This document shows, piece after piece, positions 14,004-27,312 of a DNA stretch of 64,000 nucleotides. Position numbers and translations under genes: made by a program. The DNA is taken from the NCBI RefSeq assembly GCF_006345805.1, contig NC_043009.1, positions 67,022,001 through 67,086,000 on the forward strand, written 5' to 3'. Position 1 is the first letter of the stretch. Every line of letters starts with the position of its first letter. The notes below the pieces were generated by a model that saw only the letters and a program-made list of their open reading frames with translations, ran no database searches and had not been told where the DNA came from. The DNA comes from Octopus sinensis. Taxonomy: Eukaryota.

Positions 14004-14400
14004 CTAGCAGTATCGCCCGGCGTTGCTTGGGTTTGTAAGGGAAATAACTATATAAGCATTTTTAGAGATGTAAAGTATAATAGCCATCTCAATATGGCTA
14101 ACCACAAAGGGGGGGGTGTTACTGTAACTTTTTACGTTCTGAGATTTAATAATAAATTTTTAGAGAGTTACTTCCCTTATATATGCCAAAAATGCATTAA
14201 AAATGGGAAAAATTGATGGTAAATTTTTTTTTTAATCGTAGACTCATCATAGACGTGCACTAATACCCAGAAGGGCTCGATATGAATCACAACTATAAGA
14301 TACCCGGTTTTGGTTAAACTGCACCGCAAAATGTGGGAGTAGTTAGGAATCTAAATCGTAGGAGACAGACAGCACACAACCTCTCTTTTATATATAAAGA
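14004..14400 (-). mobile_element. non-autonomous Helitron
   Basis: On minus: A|TCTTTATATATAAAA start, CCCAAGCAACGCCGGG hairpin, then CTAG|T end. These are canonical Helitron termini at an AT target. Confidence 0.7.
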
Positions 14401-15589
14401 TTTGTATAGCTGAAGACCCGACAAATGAAGTGAGTTCAAATCTTGAAAATGTTAAACAGATTAAAGAGCACCTGGTTTTGAGTATAATAACTTTGCTGTC
14501 ATCTAGTGCTGAACGAACATGAAATGTTAAAATGTCTCTCACTTTCTAGTTGAGTCGGCATGGGATTCTGAACGGAATGTTTTTTTTTTTTATATTTATG
14601 TAATTAAGAAGAAAAATAACTCTAGCATGGAGAAAGGAGTACTAAGCAAGAAAATTAGTGTTTTGTGTGCAGATTAGTTCCAATTTCTAGAAGTAAAATA
14701 AATGTTTTTGTACGTTTATAGCATAACTAAAGGAGTTGGTTTGAAATTTTGTCACTCCTGGTTTTTTTTTTTTTAATCAGTGCCAGAAAAAAAAGGAGAT
14801 TTAGGTCAAGAAATCAATGTTTATTGAATTAAGTTTGTAATAAGTACGTTGTCTTTAGGTAAGTTCAGTTGTGTTTGTGACACAAAAACCTGTAAAGATT
14901 TTTTCACTGCTGTTTGCCAGAGAAAAATTCTTGCTTTAGGTTGACATCTTTTTAACTAAAGCAAGTTTTTTTTTGTTTTTGTCTCCACACTAAGCTGATG
15001 TGAAAAGGCTTCTGCAGACTCAAAGATGTGCTGAACATATTCAAGCTGATATATTCCCTCATTACTTTGTGCAGCTATTTAGAAAATATCAATTATATAG
15101 TTACTGTTTTAATGTATAAAATTAATGGCTTAAAATTGTTTAATTCTTGAATAATTTCATTTTTCGAAATACTTTTTTTTTTTTGCCATAAGAATATCAA
15201 ATCTGAAAATGTTAGTGAATCAATCCAGACAATTATGGAAATACTAGATTCCCATGTGTAAATCTAGGCTGTGGGGAGTTGAGCTAAAAGAAAATTGAAC
15301 TGTAGAAAACTATTAGCTACCTTGTAGACTAATTTTCATATAAAAGAAAGATTTTGGTTCTGGTTTCCTGATATTTTAGATATTGTCTAGAATTGATTAA
15401 GACAAATATGGAAATATATGCTAGATTTACACACGTAAATCTAACCATACCTATTTTAGTACTCAGGTAACTCAAACTTTGTTGAATATTTTTTTTTGAG
15501 TCCTTTATCTTTGTAATAAACTGGACTGTTGAATGTCAGACTTGGTGAATCAACATCAAAACTTCGAATGGAAATTGTAATTAAGACAC

Positions 15590-15902
15590 CTGTGCTGGTG
15601 ACACGTAAAAGCACCGTTCGAACGTGGCAATTACTAGCGTCACCTGACTGGCGTTCGTGTCGGTGACACGTAAAAGCACCAACCAATCGTGGCCGGTTGC
15701 CAGCCTGCTCTGGCTCCTGTGCCAGTGGCACGTAAAAAATACCCTTTACACTCACGGAGTGGTTGGCGTCAGGAAGGGCATCCAGCCCTAGAAACACTGC
15801 CAAATCAGACTGGAGCCTGGTGCAGCTTCCATGGCTTACCAGACCCTGGTCGAACTGTCCAACCAATGCTAGCATGGAAAACGGACGATAAATGATGATG
15901 AT

Positions 15903-15903
<1 letters not shown>
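15590..15903 (+). mobile_element. SINE family B with (ATG)n tail
   Basis: Family B body ending gctagcatggaaaacggacgataaatgatgatg. Confidence 0.85.
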
Positions 15904-15941
<38 letters not shown>

Positions 15942-16185
15942 GATAATAGATAGATAGATAGATAGAAGATAGATAGATAGATGATAGATAGATAGATAGA
16001 TAGATAGAAAGATGTACATGATATGTACACATATATATACACATATATACATGCATGCATAGGTGCGGTGCGCTGTGTGGTAACAAACTTCATTCCTAAA
16101 CACATGGTTCTGGGTTCAGTCCCACTGTGTGGTGACTTGGCATGTGTCTTCTGCTATAGCTTGAGACCAACCAAAGCCTGGTCAG

Positions 16186-16764
16186 TGGATTTTGTAGACT
16201 GAAACTGAAAGAAATCAATTGTATATATGTGTATGTATATATGTAAGTCTATGTGTGTGTCTTTGTGTTTCTCCCTCATCACTGCTTCACAACTGGTGTT
16301 CGTTTATCTACATCCCCATAACTTACTGGTTTCACAAGAAGAAACTGATAGAATAGGTACCAGGCTTATCAAAATAAAAAAAAACACTAGGCAGTGACTC
16401 ATATTTTTGTTTGCCCACTCAGTTGTACCTATCAATTTATCTTTGTGTGTGTGTATACATATATATATATAATATATATAGATATATATATATATATGTG
16501 GATTTTGTGAAAGAAACTGAAAGAAATCATCGTATATATATGTATGTATATATGTAAGTGTATGTGTGTGATTTTGTTTCTGTGTTTCGCCCTCATCACT
16601 GCTTCACAACTGTGTTATTTATTTACATCCCCATAACTACTTGTTTCACAAGAAGAAACTAATAGAATAAGTAACGCTTATCAACATAAAAAAAGCACTA
16701 GGCTGTGTCTCATATTTTTCTTTGCCCACTCAGTTGTATCTATCAATTTATCTTGTGTGTTTGT

Positions 16765-16807
<43 letters not shown>

Positions 16808-17095
16808 GTGATTTTGTAGACAGAAACTGAAAGAAATCAATCGTATATATATGTATGTATATATGTAAGTGTATGTGTGTGATTTTGTTTCTGTGTTTCG
16901 CCCTCATCACTGCTTCACAACTGCTGTTTATTTATTTACATCCCCATAACTTACTTGTTTCACAAGAAGAAACTAATAGAATAAGTAACAGGCTTATCAA
17001 CATAAAAAAAAGCACTAGGCTGTGTCTCATATTTTTCTTTGCCCACTCAGTTGTATCTATCAATTTATCTTTGTGTGTGTATATGTATATATAAA
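16186..17095 (+). repeat. three tandem ~310-bp copies of a SINE A fragment plus flank
   Basis: gattttgtaga..gaaactgaaagaaatc..ccctcatcactgcttcacaac..ttgcccactcagttgta recurs at ~16190, ~16500 and ~16810. Confidence 0.9.
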
Positions 17096-17198
17096 TATAT
17101 ATAATACAAATAAGAAAATGGAGAAACAATTTAGTCTGTTCATCAGCTTTCGGATATTAGAATGTTGATTATTTATTCATTTAACAAATGAGAACCTT

Positions 17199-17250
<52 letters not shown>

Positions 17251-19128
17251 GAGAAAAAAGCAACAAGAATGGATTCCATTCTTGTTGTTTTTTTTTTTCT
17301 GTTATATCACCCCACATTATTGTAATGGTTAATACCATATAGTTTTCTTCTGGTGCATCTAAGTCAGTACCGCATTCAAGTGAATTCATTAGACTGACTT
17401 GAATCTTAATTGCTTTTACTATATATATATACATGTATGTATATGTGCACATCATATCTATAATTCAAAGTCAATGTCTTTATGTGTTTGTGTGTTACTT
17501 ATACATTCAAAACTGCTGCAACTGATCATAATGAAATTTGGAACACAAAATCCAAGCCTAGGAGAAGGGTAATGCTGTGTGTTCATACAATTTCATGGAC
17601 CAAAATACTGAATGGATCCTTATGATATTTGAAACTTAGATTCAATGCATAAGAGTGGGTATAATGCAATATGTTTGGTTTGAATTTCAGATGGCTTAAA
17701 GGGGGCAGAACCCTTATGAAAATTCATAAATTTTCGATGTTGATGAAATTTCAACCATGGGTAATTGACACACACCAAGAAGTATTCTCAAAGTTTCCAC
17801 TTCACATGAGGATTCTAAGACACCCTAATGGGGGTCTTAACTCCCAAATTTTTAATCATTTCTTTTATGATCCAAAACTACGTCAAAAATACTTTATGGA
17901 TCTTTAGGAAATTTGGAAATTATATTCAAAGCATAAGGGCCATAGCCCCCATAACAATTCGTATATTTTTGCTGTTGAGGAAATTTTAACCATTCATATT
18001 AGATACAAATGAAGTAATATTTATAAATTTTCATCTTCTTACAAGTTAGAAAGACCCCTTCAGTAAGGCAATGCTGGTAACGATCACACTCGATTGGTGC
18101 TTTTTACTTGCCACCGGCATGGAAGCCAGTCAGCTGCTCTGGCAACAATCACGTTCGGATGGTGCTCTTAGCACTCCACTAGCATGGATGCCAGTCATCG
18201 AATTTGATTTCGATACATATGTAAATTAGATATTTGATTCAGATAGAACCAGGTACTTGAAAAGGTATGCACCAGGTAGATTTGGCTAATCTGTGGTTCC
18301 GACCTATGGTTGGTGAGAGTCAAAATATCAGATAGGATATTTTGGTTGTGTACATAGAGAAAACCAACTCTATTGATATTTACCACCTAAGGGGCTATTC
18401 CAAATCACGTGTTACTTTGAATAGTATGTTGTTGGTATACTCTAAGGCATCTGACAAGTCATAAGTTCCCTTAGTGTATTATAATCAATCATTTATTTTA
18501 TATGTTAAGAGGGAGTGAAAGTGCCATAACATTTTGAAGTAATCCTAATAGTTCTTCATAATTATGTTTACAGCACTAATTAATAATTCATCATAATAAA
18601 GTGCCCATCAATTAATTTCAATTATCTACTTACTGATATGTTGTAAAGTCCAACCGCCTATTGTCTGTAATGGGATTGACCAAAGTCCAGTGTTCGATAT
18701 AATTGGTCAGATAGATTTTAAAACAAAAGGCAAGCTATTAAGACCATTATACGGGTCAGTATAAATAAATAAATAAATAAATAAAAGTATGGAAAAGTAG
18801 TACATATTGTAAGGGGCCTGAAAACCACTTGGAAAACTTCACCAAAACAAGCAAGGATAGAAAAATTTTTCAAATGATTTGAAGCAGCTTTACTTTTCCA
18901 TGTTTAATAATAAAACATATTATTATACTTGTGTTTGTTTTGATATTAAGATTGAAGAAAATTGGCTTTGTTTGTAAAAGATTTTGGACCTAAGTTTGCA
19001 CCCTGTAAACAGATTTCATTCCCAGGCCATTGTATATAAAAAAAAATAGACAAACATGTAGTATAATGGATATTTTTATCCCTTAGACAGTTATTCCAAT
19101 CTTTAACTCAACTAACCTTATATATATA

Positions 19129-19287
19129 GGAGTGGCTGTGTGGTAAGTAGCTTGCTAACCAACCACATGGTTCCGGGTTCAGTCCCACTGCGTGGTACCT
19201 TGGGCAAGTGTCTTCTGCTATAGTCTCGGGCCGACCAAAGCCTTGTGAGTGGATTTGGTAGACGGAAACTGAAAGAAGCCTGTCGTA

Positions 19288-19344
<57 letters not shown>

Positions 19345-19570
19345 TTGTTTGTGTGTCTGTGTTTGTCCCCCTAGCATTGCTTGACAACTGATGCTGGTGT
19401 GTTTACGTCCCCGTCACTTAGCGGTTCGGCAAAAAGAGACCGATAGAATAAGTACTGGGCTTACAAAAAAAGAATAAGTCCCGGGGTCAAGTTGCTCGAC
19501 TAAAGGCGGTGCTCCAGCATGGCCGCAGTCGAATGACTGAAACAAGTAAAAGAGTAAAGAGTAAAAGAGT
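19129..19570 (+). mobile_element. full-length tRNA-derived SINE family A
   Basis: ggagtggctgtgtggtaagtagcttgc head, B-box, internal (AT)n/(GT)n, (GAGTAAAA)n tail. Confidence 0.9.
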
Positions 19571-19585
19571 ATATATATATACATA

Positions 19586-20025
19586 CTAGCAATATAGACC
19601 AGCATTGCTCAGGTTTGTTTTTTAGTTGTGCTTAAAACGGCAGACCTTGATGCCACGTTAACAAAGTTTTGACATAGTTTCAATCTTTTTTGAAAAGTAA
19701 AAATTTAGCATTATGTAGCTTGTTATTCTCTTTAAGAGAACATTTTTCTGGTTGAAATACACCGAAAAATGGCAACACAGCAGTCAAAAAATCGTAAAAA
19801 ATAGGGATTTTCATAGAGAAAAAGCACCTTTTTGATGTAAATAAATTTTGGTCTTAACATGGTTCGATTTGAATTTTTCTTCTACAGAATGAAGAGCAAG
19901 CCTTCTTCTATCATACTCTCAATTTTGGTCAACTTGCACAGCAGGGTCTCGGAGGAGATAGTGTTAGTTGAAGGCTACCAAACCTGCCACACACACACAG
20001 ACAACTTCAGCTTTATATATATAGA
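19586..20025 (-). mobile_element. non-autonomous Helitron-like element
   Basis: On minus: A|TCTATATATATAAAG start and degenerate hairpin-CTAG|T end. Confidence 0.55.
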
Positions 20026-20649
20026 TATATATATATATATACATATATATATAACGTTAAGATCTAAAGCTCTTAAATATATATTTTTAAAATTCCGTCT
20101 AATGATATAATGTAATACATATATACTATAAACGCTCAGGTTGGTTTACCACTAAAACTCTGGTTTGAACAGCAGCTGAAACAAAGGTGGCTATAAGTTG
20201 TTCATCATTGAGCAGGCAAATATCTATTAGAAAGAGAGGTGAACAAGTAAAACATGTGGTATCACTTTAGAGCATGTAATTTATAATTCAAACAATTGCA
20301 GAGTGATTGTAGTAAATAAGGAATTAAGAAATAATATGTAAATTTCTCACAGATGTTTCTAGAGTATTTGAGCAAATGGATCATATGTCATTGAGAATTA
20401 TTCCATCTTTGGAGAGAAAGAAATAAGGGATATCTTTAATAAATGATATAAGTAGTGACCAGTTCATCAAAGGGCTAAAGAACATCCTTAGTGAAAGGTA
20501 ATAAGGGTTAGCACTTTCATGGTAAGAGAATTAAGGAATCCTTAGTAAAAGATATTAGCAGTTTGCAGTTCCATTGTTGAAGGATCAAGGAATGTCCTTA
20601 GTAAAAGATAAAAGAAGTTACAAGTTCCATCTTCAAAGAGAAAGGTAAC

Positions 20650-21250
20650 ACGTGTCACAGGAAACTTTGTAAATCTCATAAAGAACTTGCAGAAGAATGT
20701 GGTGCGGCTTAAATGAAGGGTTAATCTACAATGTGATACTGTAGAAAATTAAATCATAGAAGCATATGCTCATAACACCCTACATGAGGTCAGAAAAATG
20801 GTTGAAGATTCCATATTTATTGGTAGTATGGTATGGAACAAGAATCAATTATCGTTGTTATGTTTCTGAAAGCCTGGATGTCCATGAAGATTTTCCCCTG
20901 ATTACACTTCGGAGACACTAACTAAGGTTATTCTGGATGTTTTTTTTTTGTTGCCTAAAACATTGAACTGGACTCAAAATTATGCTGCTTTTACCTTTGA
21001 TGGTACGTGTACTGTGAACGGAAACATTTCAGGCTTACAAAAGAGATTAAAAGACATGCTTCCTGCTACATATTTTGTACACTGTGGAAACCACTCTCTG
21101 GAGCAAGTCCTCCAAGAAGTTGGATCTACGGTTGTCATCGTCACTAATGCATTGAACTTTGTCCACCAATGCACCATTCTTCTGAATCTGCTATGGACAA
21201 ACGTTTGTAATGAGAATGTCATCATATTGCAAGTTTGTGTCTGCTGCACC
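20650..21250 (+). mobile_element. degenerate hAT transposase fragment
   Basis: ORF 20948-21364 contains FTFDGTCTVNGNISGLQKRLKDMLPATYFVHCGNHSLE, the DG..N.SG...G....VHC..H.L motif of hAT transposases. Upstream GNFVNLI and EDSIFIGSMV-like pieces carry stops. Confidence 0.75.
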
Positions 21251-21340
21251 AAGCGAAAGAATCTTCAGTCCAGTTTACCGTTTAAAGACCTGACTCCGTA
21301 CCACAATGAAACCAAACCATCTGATACACTGCTACAATGC

Positions 21341-21890
21341 ATCATCATCATCATCATCGTTTAACGTCCATTTTCCATGCTAGCATGGGTTGGATGATTT
21401 AACTGAGGGCTGGCGAACCAGACGGCCACACCAGGCTCCAATCTTGATCTGGCAGTGTTTCTACAGCTGGATGCCCTTCCTAACACCAACCACTCTGAGA
21501 GTATAGTAGGTGCTTTTTATGTGCCACCGGCATGGGGGCCAGTCAGGCAGTACTGGCAATGACCTTGCTCGAATCTTTTTATACATGCCACCGGCACAGG
21601 TGCCAGTAAGGCAACGTTGGTAACGATCACGCTTGAATGGTGCCCTCTTATGTGCCACCGGCACGGAAGCCAGTTGGCTGCTCTGGCAATGATCACGCTC
21701 GGATAGTGCTCTTGGCTCCCCTACAAGCATGGGCACAAGTGCCAGTAAGGCAACGCTGGTAACGATCACATTCAAATGGTGCCCTTTTATGTGCCACTGG
21801 CAAGGAAGTTGGTTAGCCGCTCTGTCAACGATCACACTCGTATGGTGCTCTTTGCACCCCGCTAGTCATCGAATGCCAGTCATCGAATTG
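21341..21890 (-). mobile_element. long SINE family B copy with internal ~60-bp tandem units
   Basis: (CAT)n tail at 21341, family body, repeated gccagtaaggcaacg.tggtaacgatcac...gtgccac units. Confidence 0.85.
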
Positions 21891-22604
21891 GTACATAAAA
21901 ACTTGTGCAATGAAAATACTTTGGACATCCTCTTGGAAAACTTCATCACCAAAACAAGCAAGGATAGAAAAATTTTTCAAATGATTTGAAGCATTACTTT
22001 TCCATGTTTAATAATAAAACAAATTATTATACTTGTGTTTGTTTTGATATTAAGATTGAAGAATATTGGCTTAGATTGTAAAAAATTCTGGACCTAAGTT
22101 TGCACCCTGTAAACAGATTTCATTCCCAGGCCACTGGCCACCTGATACCTACTATGCTGGGGACCTCACAAGTTAGGTAGATTTATGGGACAGAGAACTG
22201 GTTATAAATGTCAAGTTTTTCCTTGTAAGACTTGTGATTAGTCAACAGGTGACTGAAAGGGAGGACACGAGACTAATAGAGAACAATTGGGAGTTCCACT
22301 GAGACAATTTGCAGAAAGCTACAGACCCAATCTGTGGTTACAGATCTCGACCAGATATTGGATTCAAATTTTGGTACAAGGCCAGCAATGTTAGGGCAGT
22401 GGGGTGGGAGTCAATTACGTTAACCCCAGTATTCAAATGGTACTTATTTGATTAATCCCAAAAGGAATGAAAGATAAAGTCAACCTCGGTGGAATTTCAA
22501 CTCAGAACAAAAACAAAACAGCCAAAGCTGCCAAGTAGTTTCACAAACTCACCTCCTTAGACCGTGACTAGATATTGCCAGAAGGAAGGTGACTTCACCA
22601 TCAA

Positions 22605-22850
22605 CATCATCATAATCATCGTCACCATTTAGCATCCGTTTTCCATGCTGGCATGGGTTGGATGGTTTGACTGGAGCTGGCAAGCTGGAGAGCAGCACCA
22701 AGTTCCAGTCTGTTTTGGCTTGGTTCCTACAGCTGGATGCCCTGACCCTAACACCCACCACTCCACAGAGTGTAGTCGGTATCTTTTATGTGTCACCGGC
22801 ACGGGTGCCTCTCATGTGTCACTGGCATGAGTGCCTTTTACACATCACCA
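22605..22850 (-). mobile_element. SINE family B
   Basis: catccgttttccatgctggcatgggttggatgg...ctacagctggatgccc. Confidence 0.8.
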
Positions 22851-23274
22851 GCACAGGCCACGACTACAATTTCCCTTGGCTTCACATATCTTCTCAAGCA
22901 CAGCAAATCTCCAAAGATCTCAATCACTCGTCATTGCCTCCATAAGACTCAACATCAAAAGATTGTACTTCACCAGAAATGGTGGGAAAGTACCCCTGTA
23001 CATTACAGCCATAAAAACAAAGAGACAGACCTGAAAAGATGAGGAAAAAAGGGGCTACATCAACAAAACCATGTGGCAGAAGGAAAGCTGACCATCAGAT
23101 GCACTTAGCAAACAGAGACACAGAATGTAAAAGGTTTACCAATTTCCTATAGTAAGAGGATTGGCAGCATGAAGGGTTTTGGGTTGCGAAACAATGTGCT
23201 AGAGTGAAGATGTTGTTGCGAGAGAAGTGGGTTCAAAATGATAATGGTATGGTTGCTGTTAAGCCTTTCTATTG

Positions 23275-23474
23275 CAGGCACAAGGCCTGAAATTTGGGGG
23301 AGGGGGATAGTCGATTACATCGACCCCAGTACGCAACTGGTACTTAACTTATAGACCCCGAAAGGACGAAAGGCAAAGTCGACCTCAGTGGAATTTGAAC
23401 TCAGAACATAGTGGCAAGTGAAATACCACTAAGCATTTCGCCCAGTGTGCTAATGATTCTGCCAGCTCACCGCC

Positions 23475-23534
<60 letters not shown>

Positions 23535-23740
23535 GTAAGAAGAAGAATCCTTTCAACTATAGGCACAAAGCCTGAAATTTGGGGGAGGAGGATAGTACGC
23601 AACTGGTAATTAATTTATCGACCCCAAAAGGATGAAAGGCAAAGTCGACCTCAGTGGAGTTTGAACTCAGAGCGTAGTGGTAAGCGAAATACTGCTAAGC
23701 ATTTCGCCCAGTGTGCTAACGATTCTGCCAGTTTGCCACT
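23275..23740 (-). mobile_element. two tandem SINE family C copies separated by (AAT)n
   Basis: aggcaca..gcctgaaatttgggg...gaaaggcaaagtcgacctcagtgga.tttgaactcaga occurs twice; (AAT)n at ~23477-23533. Confidence 0.85.
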
Positions 23741-24098
23741 GCTAATGACGCTGGTAAAAACTATGCATGAAGGTGTTATTAATGAGGAGGATGCTAAATG
23801 AGGAGGATGCAAGAGGAGAGATGTTGGATCTAGCCCAAGTTGATCCAACAGAAGGTCTGGCTATTCAAGTTGACAGCTGTACGATCACAAATGAAAGTAC
23901 TTATGAAGGCAGGGAAGTCAGACATGCTTTCTGGGAAATTGTTACAGAAACGATTCAGATATCTGGCTAAGTAGGTCACATGCATGACTAGTGAGTCAGG
24001 CAGTACAGGAAAGTACCGTATCCAGTGACTGGCATAGCAGTGCGATTGTCAACTGCAAAAAGAGCAAAGGAGTTGCACGAGAGAGAGGAAATTAGAGA

Positions 24099-24526
24099 TG
24101 TTTCTTTATTAACCTATTAAGGTTTTACATAGGGAGGTACATTACAAGGACAGACAAAGGATATTCAGGGTACAAACTCGCTTCTTATATACAGTGTGAA
24201 AAACCGGATGGATTTACATATATTGTGAATGAGGGTCAAAAATATAAATATAAATGGTGATCGGATGAGTTTTGGGTCCGGGTTAGTGAGTTAACCCACC
24301 GTGTGGTTATCCCTTTTTGGTAATCTTTTTCCTTTCTTTTATGCTCCGACCGACTGTGCAAGCCCAGCCTCTTGCATTCTCATCTTTCTTACCACTGTTG
24401 TCCATCTTTTTCCAAACGCTCTTTGCAGCAGGCTCCTCCTCTCCAGACGGATTTTGCTGGGCAGTGAAGTAATTCACCAGCCAACGTCCGCAAATGAATT
24501 GACCTGTCGTAATCCCTTTTGCTTGC
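24099..24526 (-). mobile_element. 5'-truncated L1/Tx1-like LINE 3' end with 16-bp TSD
   Basis: Direct repeat gagaggaaattagaga at 24083-24098 and 24527-24542. Minus strand encodes KIRLERRSLLQRAFGKRW (an ORF2 C-terminus) and ends AATAAAGAAACA. Confidence 0.75.
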
Positions 24527-24873
24527 GAGAGGAAATTAGAGAGGCATCAAATTGTTGGGCCACGTGACAAAGATTATAGGGAAAAATCACAGCACAACTG
24601 AAGAGGAAGAAAATTAGCCAAGACGAGATGCAGTTCAGCATTAGGCCTAAAAGAATTTGTTTTAGGGAAACAAATGCAGAAGTATTTAATTAAAAGTAAG
24701 CCCCTATAACTGGTTTCAAATTCTAGATGGTGTAATTTAATTGTTCATTTTGAATTGATAAAAGGTGGTTTTTTTCCTCATTTTTATATATATATAATGT
24801 TTTGTGAAATTTGATTTAGCATTTCTAAATTGAATTTTTCCCTGTAAGTTAGGAATAATATTCCCTCAAATAT

Positions 24874-24905
<32 letters not shown>

Positions 24906-24921
24906 ATATATATATATATAT

Positions 24922-25380
24922 ATGTACGGTAGGGGCAGTCTGTTGGGGTCAGCAGAATTTTCAGATTAAAAACTATATGGTTTTTGCCATGTCCCATGAG
25001 AATGTGAGCTTCAATGACATGGTCCGTCATTTGATTGCCCACAAGGTGAGTTCCATTGCATAGTGTGGCTGCATTTAGATTGCATAGGAGGATGGCAGGG
25101 CAACCGACTTTTAAGTGAAGTCCATGGGGAGGGAATCCTGGAGGATGTTGGGAGTTGAGAAATCCTGTTAGAAAGTGTGTCACCTGATTGAGGTCGGTAA
25201 CGGTGTCGACTGATCTGTAACAACATTCTTGAGAAAGTAGCTTACTGAGTAAGTCATAGTTAAGAGTGGTGAGAGCTTCATTTGCAGGTGCCCAAACAGC
25301 CTTGTACTAACATGCAAATGTCAGAAGTTTGCAGTGAATGGACATTGTAAAAACTGTACAACTGTCACAACTTTGTATGA
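24922..25380 (-). mobile_element. Helitron RepHel PIF1-like helicase fragment (pseudogene)
   Basis: FLNSQHPPGFPPHGLHLKVGCPAILLCNLNAATLCNGT..VIEAHIL is the FLNS..P.G.PPH.L.LKVG.P..LLRNL...LCNGT motif of Helitron helicases. Confidence 0.85.
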
Positions 25381-26700
25381 GTAAAAGCAGAGAATATATT
25401 GAAGGTAGATTAATTCCTGAAGGCATTTAAAAAATAATTAAAAGTTGATTTAAACTGCATGTCTACTCCAAGGAAGTGCTAATCTGCAAATATTAGCAGC
25501 CTGCAGTGAATGGGCATTGTCAAAACTGCAGTAGAAGACAAAGTGAAAGTAGCATACCGACGTCATCAAGAAGCAACAATTGTTGGTATTGGTTATTTAT
25601 CCATAAGAAGGTGTTTACGTCCCCTAGAGGCAGCATTACTCATTATGTGGAAAATTTGAAGAGTTTATGACCATCTCTGAAACATAAGTGATATGTGTTC
25701 CCAGCATGAACGAAACTGGATTAAAAATATAGATTTTAAGGGGATCAAGAAAAAGACCTGTACACACACACACATACACACACACACATCTTCCATTTTA
25801 TTATATAATATATATATATATATTTGTGCATGTGTGTATGAATGTATATCTCCCCGTGGTGTATATGTATATACATGGCTATAAGAGTATAGGATTGTTT
25901 GAGCATGGTTGTGTCATATTTCACTACAGTCTCACTTCCGTGGCTGTACTTACGTTTTGGTTTCACTACATTTCATTGTGTGAGAAAGTATTTTGAGGTG
26001 TGGTTAGAGAACATGACTAAAATGTTATGCATGGTCTTCTGACCTATTAACCTTATTTCAAGCTTACTATTTTCCAATATGGTTTTTTTCTCTTGATCTT
26101 TATATCTCCCACTGCCTCTTCCCAGTTTAATTAATTTCTTTTCTATTCTATCATAATTTATGTGGGTGCGGGAGTATCTTTTAACTTTTATCCTTTGTCT
26201 TTCATGTGTGCTTCAGTCTCTAGGCTGTGGCCATGCTGGAACAACACTCTGAAGTATTTTAGTCAAGTGAAGCAATTCCAACACTCATTTTTATTTTTAG
26301 CCAAGTACTTATTCCATCAGTGCCTGCTACCTAACCACTAAGTTGTGGGGACATAAACACACCAACATTGGTTGACAAGCAGTGGCGGGGAACAAACATA
26401 GACACAAAGACACACAAACATCTATATATATATATATTCTTCTACTCTTTTACTCTTTTACTTGTTTCAGTCATTTCACTATGGCCATGCTGGAGCACCG
26501 CCTTTAGTCGAGCAAATCAACCCCAGGACTTATTCTTTGTAAGCCTAGTATTTATTCTATCAGTCTCTTTTGCTGAACCACTAAGTTACGGGGACGTAAA
26601 CACACCAGCATCGGTTGTCATATAAAATGACAACAATTTACCCATCGCACCCTGTACACACACACAAGTATATAAAATGAGAAAAATTGCCTACCCACTG

Positions 26701-27312
26701 AAGACAGTGGGTAGGCAAAGGACAAACAACAACACCCAGGCTGAGAATGGTCTTCACCCACATAAGGTCTTGTTATTCGTTTGGTGGGATAGGAAATGTT
26801 TAGTCCACTTTGAACTTTTAAAGTCAAACCAAACAATAACAAAGGAGATCTACTGCAAGCAGCTTGAGTGGCTTAAGTCAGTGCTAGAAGAAAAATGACC
26901 ATCTTTGGTTTCAAGACGAAAGGTGTTCTTCCATCAGGATAATGCTTGGCCACATACAGCGAGGATGACATTCCAAAGGCTGGAGCAGTTTGAATGGGGA
27001 AATGATTCCATGCCCACCATATTCGCCGGACATTGCCCCATCTGATTATCATTTATTCCACAGTCTTCATTAGGATGGGAAAAATATGAATTCTGTAGAC
27101 AAGGTCAGAGCAGCACTGGAGGAGTATTTTTCATCACAGACAGGTGAATTTTGGAAGAGGGGCCTTGCAAGTCTAGCAGAGAGATGAAAGAGCATTGTAG
27201 AAAATGAAGGAGAGTATATTTTAGATTAGGAAAGAATTTTGTTAATCTTAATTGTGAAAAATAAAAATAAAAAGTATAAAAAAACCCACATTATTTATGG
27301 ACTGACCCAATA
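26701..27312 (+). mobile_element. mariner transposon 3' half (degenerate transposase and right TIR)
   Basis: GLHPHKVLLFVWWD, FHQDNAWPH and PPYSPDIAPSDYHLF motifs; ends ttatttatggactgacccaata|TA. Confidence 0.92.

Noticed and set aside
16186-17095. CRISPR-like repeat array
   Set aside because: Eukaryotic context, whole-unit tandem repeats with no unique spacers, and no cas genes.
23767-23970. 67-aa non-repetitive ORF
   Set aside because: No recognisable motif or splice context.
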